DNA from: Catajapyx aquilonaris
Lineage: Eukaryota
Direction of reading: 5' to 3'
NCBI GenBank assembly: GCA_000934665.2
Contig: KZ538978.1
Span: 1-37,840 of the forward strand
DNA: 37,840 nt
This document shows, piece by piece, positions 34,321 to 37,840 of this stretch. Made by a program: the position numbers and the translations under genes. The notes under the pieces are model-generated. The model was not told the DNA's origin. It saw only the letters and a list, made by a program, of their open reading frames with translations, and searched no databases. Position 1 is the stretch's first letter, and every line of letters starts with the position of its first letter.

Positions 34321-36431
34321 ACAACAACGTTTGAAAGCCAGAGTTACTGGGAGAGAAATTGAAGAAAAATTAAGACAAAGTTTACATCAAATGTAAGTTA
34401 TATTGGACAAGAATTTCTTCCGATTTTGTGTCCTGAATTTCATTGGTCGAGATGTCTTTGAAGGTTTGGGCTCTACTGCATGGAGTCTTGAAACTAGCCA
34501 TTAACATTATGCACGTTGCGTGTTTATCCAATAATCGAGCACATGTTAATGCTCAATTTTACACCATAAATCCGCACTAACATCCCCTTTCACGGCAGTT
34601 TTGTACGATCATCCACAAAACCCTCCCTCGATTTAATAGTCGACTGAAAGAAAGTAGCGGGTTAGGCATCCACTTACACGACTCCCTTCTGGCGCCGCCT
34701 TCAACTTGTTAAACAAGTTTGGAAAGATTAGTTGGAGTAATCCTCGACTCCTTCTGAGAGCCAAACATGGCTCAACATTAATCTCATTGTTGTGGCGCAA
34801 AGGTTTCACCTCACCAAGCAGGTGCAGGAAAGGGCTTAAAAAAAACCCTATATGTTTTCTCAAGCACCTTCCTCTATGGGCTTATGCTATTATCCTTTGT
34901 TGTCAGCTGCAGTGAGCCCAATTTGGAAAACATAGCCATACAGCACGCACTCTATTTTACAAAAAAAAACTGATTTTAAGAACGGGTCGCATCTCCTCTC
35001 GAAAAGCGGCCAAAACCGACCATCCTTCACGCTGACCTCTCCGGAAATTCACATCGAGGCCCGCACTGGGGAATAGTGCTTCAGAAAAAAAAATATATCC
35101 GATAAACTCCGGGCAAGGACCGCAACGACAGACCTCCCCCATCCTTCCTTACAAAGCAAGAAAGAAGGCGATAACATCCAGGCTCCCTGGAAAAAAAGGG
35201 ACCTTAGGATTAAGAATGATATTACGTACAAGGCTGGCGGCAGCGTCGGTGGCAAAAACACACCCCTGCCCCCNCCCCCCCCCCCCCCCCCCCCTTCCTA
35301 CCATGCTGTCAATAATAACCGTGTCGATAGCCCAATGAGGTGAAGATTACAAATTTCAATGGCAGTCTGCCAAAAGTTGTTCTTTTTTTTTGCCCCGGGG
35401 CCGGGAGACCCCCCCATAAAGAGCCCTGGAGAATGGCCTCTGGGAGGCAATATTAGAAACGTGAAGGGCGAGGCAATTACAATGCCAGGCCTTTGCTTGC
35501 TGACTTACATTATCGGGTTGTGCTCTGTACCAAAGTTCGACACGTGGCTTACACCATTTTTTTGGGTGGTGTTCGAAGCTTGGCTTGTACGAAGGGTAGG
35601 CACGTTCAGGTTTTATCGTGAGTTTTATTGCTACGAGATGTTAGGGTCCCGGAGAACACATAAACCTGGTCTCCTTGTGGGCCGAATCAATCAAGCCTGA
35701 ATCAATCGCCAGTTGAAATGTGCCCTTAAAATACAGAAGGGGATGAAACATTTTTTTCTGGGTGATAAGCCAGTTCTTAATATATGTCCAATATGAAGGA
35801 AGGTTTGAGTGGCGTGGCTCCAAAGGGCGGACAGCGGCTGTACACAAGAAAGATAGCAAAAAGTGTGTTGATCCGCAGCAATTTCCTGACATTTTGTGCT
35901 ATCTGAGGATGGCAGGGGAGGATGGGAGGGTGTACTCGTCAGGCTACACAGGAAGATGGTGACAGAAAACGAATCAAGCTATCCTATCCTCTGTATTTCT
36001 CTTCTTATTCGCTGACTGACTTTCGCCTTGCTTCGAATATTGATCCTTCAATCCATCTCATACCACACCAGCCCCTAGCAGCAGCCTCCCCTCCTCTTCC
36101 TGGCCCTTCTTCCTATACAGGAACCAAAAACAACTTTGTCTAGAATAACACATTTGATTTGTAGCTCCTGCCCCCTCCCCGATACATCGGCATGTTCATG
36201 CCTCGAAAGCGGATTTTTTTTTGAACTTTCTATAACCTTATTTCACTGAGTAAGGCGGGGGAAATGGGGGGGGGGGNGAGGGAATGTACCAGAATATATG
36301 TATGACGTGTAAGCGGACATTTTATTATATTAGTGACAATTTAAGATTTGTAGGAGGGAGTACTAGGAGAGAAGGATAGGCCAAAAATATTTATTAGGAC
36401 TAATGCATCGTGGTTAGATATAACCATCTGA

Positions 36432-36706
36432 CCCAAGCAGTTTGTAGGAGGGGATAATTATGGTGTCCGACTGCTGATCGGGAGGTCCTAGTCTCAAATC
36501 CCGGAGCCGGCAACTCTGACCGTGGTTATCTGTCGTTTCCCACGGTCCTTCCAGGAAAATTCCGGAGTTGCTTCCGTAATTAATAGGCCACAGTCGCTTC
36601 CTTCCGTCCCTATCCTGTCCCAAAGAGTACAGTAAAATGAAAGCAAAGAGTTCCAGGCAAAACAAACTTCCCCCCTAAAGAGCCGGTGGCTGATAACGGG
36701 GTATGA

Positions 36707-36766
<60 letters not shown>
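36432..36766 (+). mobile_element. Full-length tRNA-derived SINE with (ATT)20 tail and 14-bp target-site duplication
   Basis: Head, body and tail match the 29663 copy. (ATT)n at 36707-36766. ATATAACCATCTGA at 36418-36431 and 36767-36780. Confidence 0.93.
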
Positions 36767-36771
<5 letters not shown>

Positions 36772-37165
36772 ACCATCTGATACCTCATAATGAAGGCTTA
36801 TTAATAGCTCCTTCACCTTGGAAGAGTGCTGATTGTTGAAGTCTACAATATTTCCATATACCTACGGTATACAAAATAATGACACACACAGTATTTTGGC
36901 GCTGTCGTAATTTTAAACCCCACAAAATCATTCAGTGTTCCAGACCTATACTTTCTCTCCAGATTAGGCCCTATTATTTACATAGTATATAATTTATATA
37001 TGAGGCATTCCACGTCAAGCGGGCCACCTTTCCGACAAATCTTCGAGGACTTTGACCAAATTGTAATGACATGTACTACTCATCGACCTATGCCGGAAGC
37101 CAAAATATTATACCTCTGCGTTGCGTGGTTGCGTAACTACAGGGTGCGGAATCTACCAATTTATG

Positions 37166-37805
37166 CGGATTTTTGCAACGCATGCAGTCACTTGGATTAC
37201 CATAACTCCCAGAGGATAAGTGCAAATGCTAAACTTGATGTATGTGTTGGATACGTATTTTAACGCTCTATAAGATGGCCATACCGATGATTAAGAGAAT
37301 CAAAAATTTAAAGTCAAAAATGGGCGCTCCAATTTTGATTTTGATTTTTCTCAAACTTGGACCTTTTTGATTTTTTTTGAATGACTCTTAAAATGAAGCT
37401 GAACATGTCTGGCCGATATTTTCGAAAACTCCCCGAGACCGAAATTGGTCTTTCTCGCGCTATAAGCCGCAACGCAACCCGTGTACGGATTTTTGCTTAG
37501 CATGCAGTCACTTGGATTACCATAACTCCCAGAGGACAAGTGCAAATGCGAAACTTGATGTATGCGTTGGATACGTATTTTAACGCTCTATAAGATGGCC
37601 ATGCTGATGATTACGAGAATCAAAAATTTAAAGTCAAAAATTTGCGCTCCAATTTTGATTTTGATTTTTCTTAAACTTGGACGTTTTTGATTTTTTTAAA
37701 AATAACTCTTAAAATGAAGCTGAACATGTCTGGCCGATATTTCCGAAAACTCCCCGAGACCGAAATTGGTCTTTCACGCGCGATAAGCCAAAACGCAAAC
37801 CGTGT
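37166..37805. repeat. Direct tandem duplication of ~320 bp (two highly similar copies), probably inside a non-autonomous DNA element
   Basis: CGGATTTTTGC....CATGCAGTCACTTGGATTACC starts at 37166 and 37486. The copies stay collinear to 37805 with scattered substitutions and a 1-bp indel. Confidence 0.93.
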
Positions 37806-37840
37806 GCATGCACGTGGACCATCCAAGCGAATATCTATCG

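Overview
This is eukaryotic, very probably arthropod-like genomic DNA: a repeat-rich, almost entirely non-coding stretch, either intergenic or a large intron. I found no intact host gene, rRNA, true tRNA or CRISPR array. The first 3.3 kb is a pile of decayed repeats. It holds a ~119-bp satellite array, a frameshifted L1/CR1-type ORF1-like reading frame with no ORF2, a palindromic minisatellite, a Tc1/mariner 3' remnant with an internally inverted catalytic segment, and a Helitron helicase fragment with its 3' end. The rest carries a tRNA-derived SINE family. Four copies have 14-16-bp target-site duplications, a shared head and body, and three different tails with a covarying 3' stem-loop; one further copy is diverged. 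Also present are at least seven fold-back/MITE elements (including a 197-bp palindrome), a possible solo LTR, microsatellites, poly-G/C tracts at assembly gaps, and GC-rich stretches that look cis-regulatory. Nearly all ORFs in the track are spurious. The most original signals are the modular SINE tails, the orphan ORF1 behind a monomer array, and the inverted transposase segment. I cannot claim a new biological system from sequence alone.
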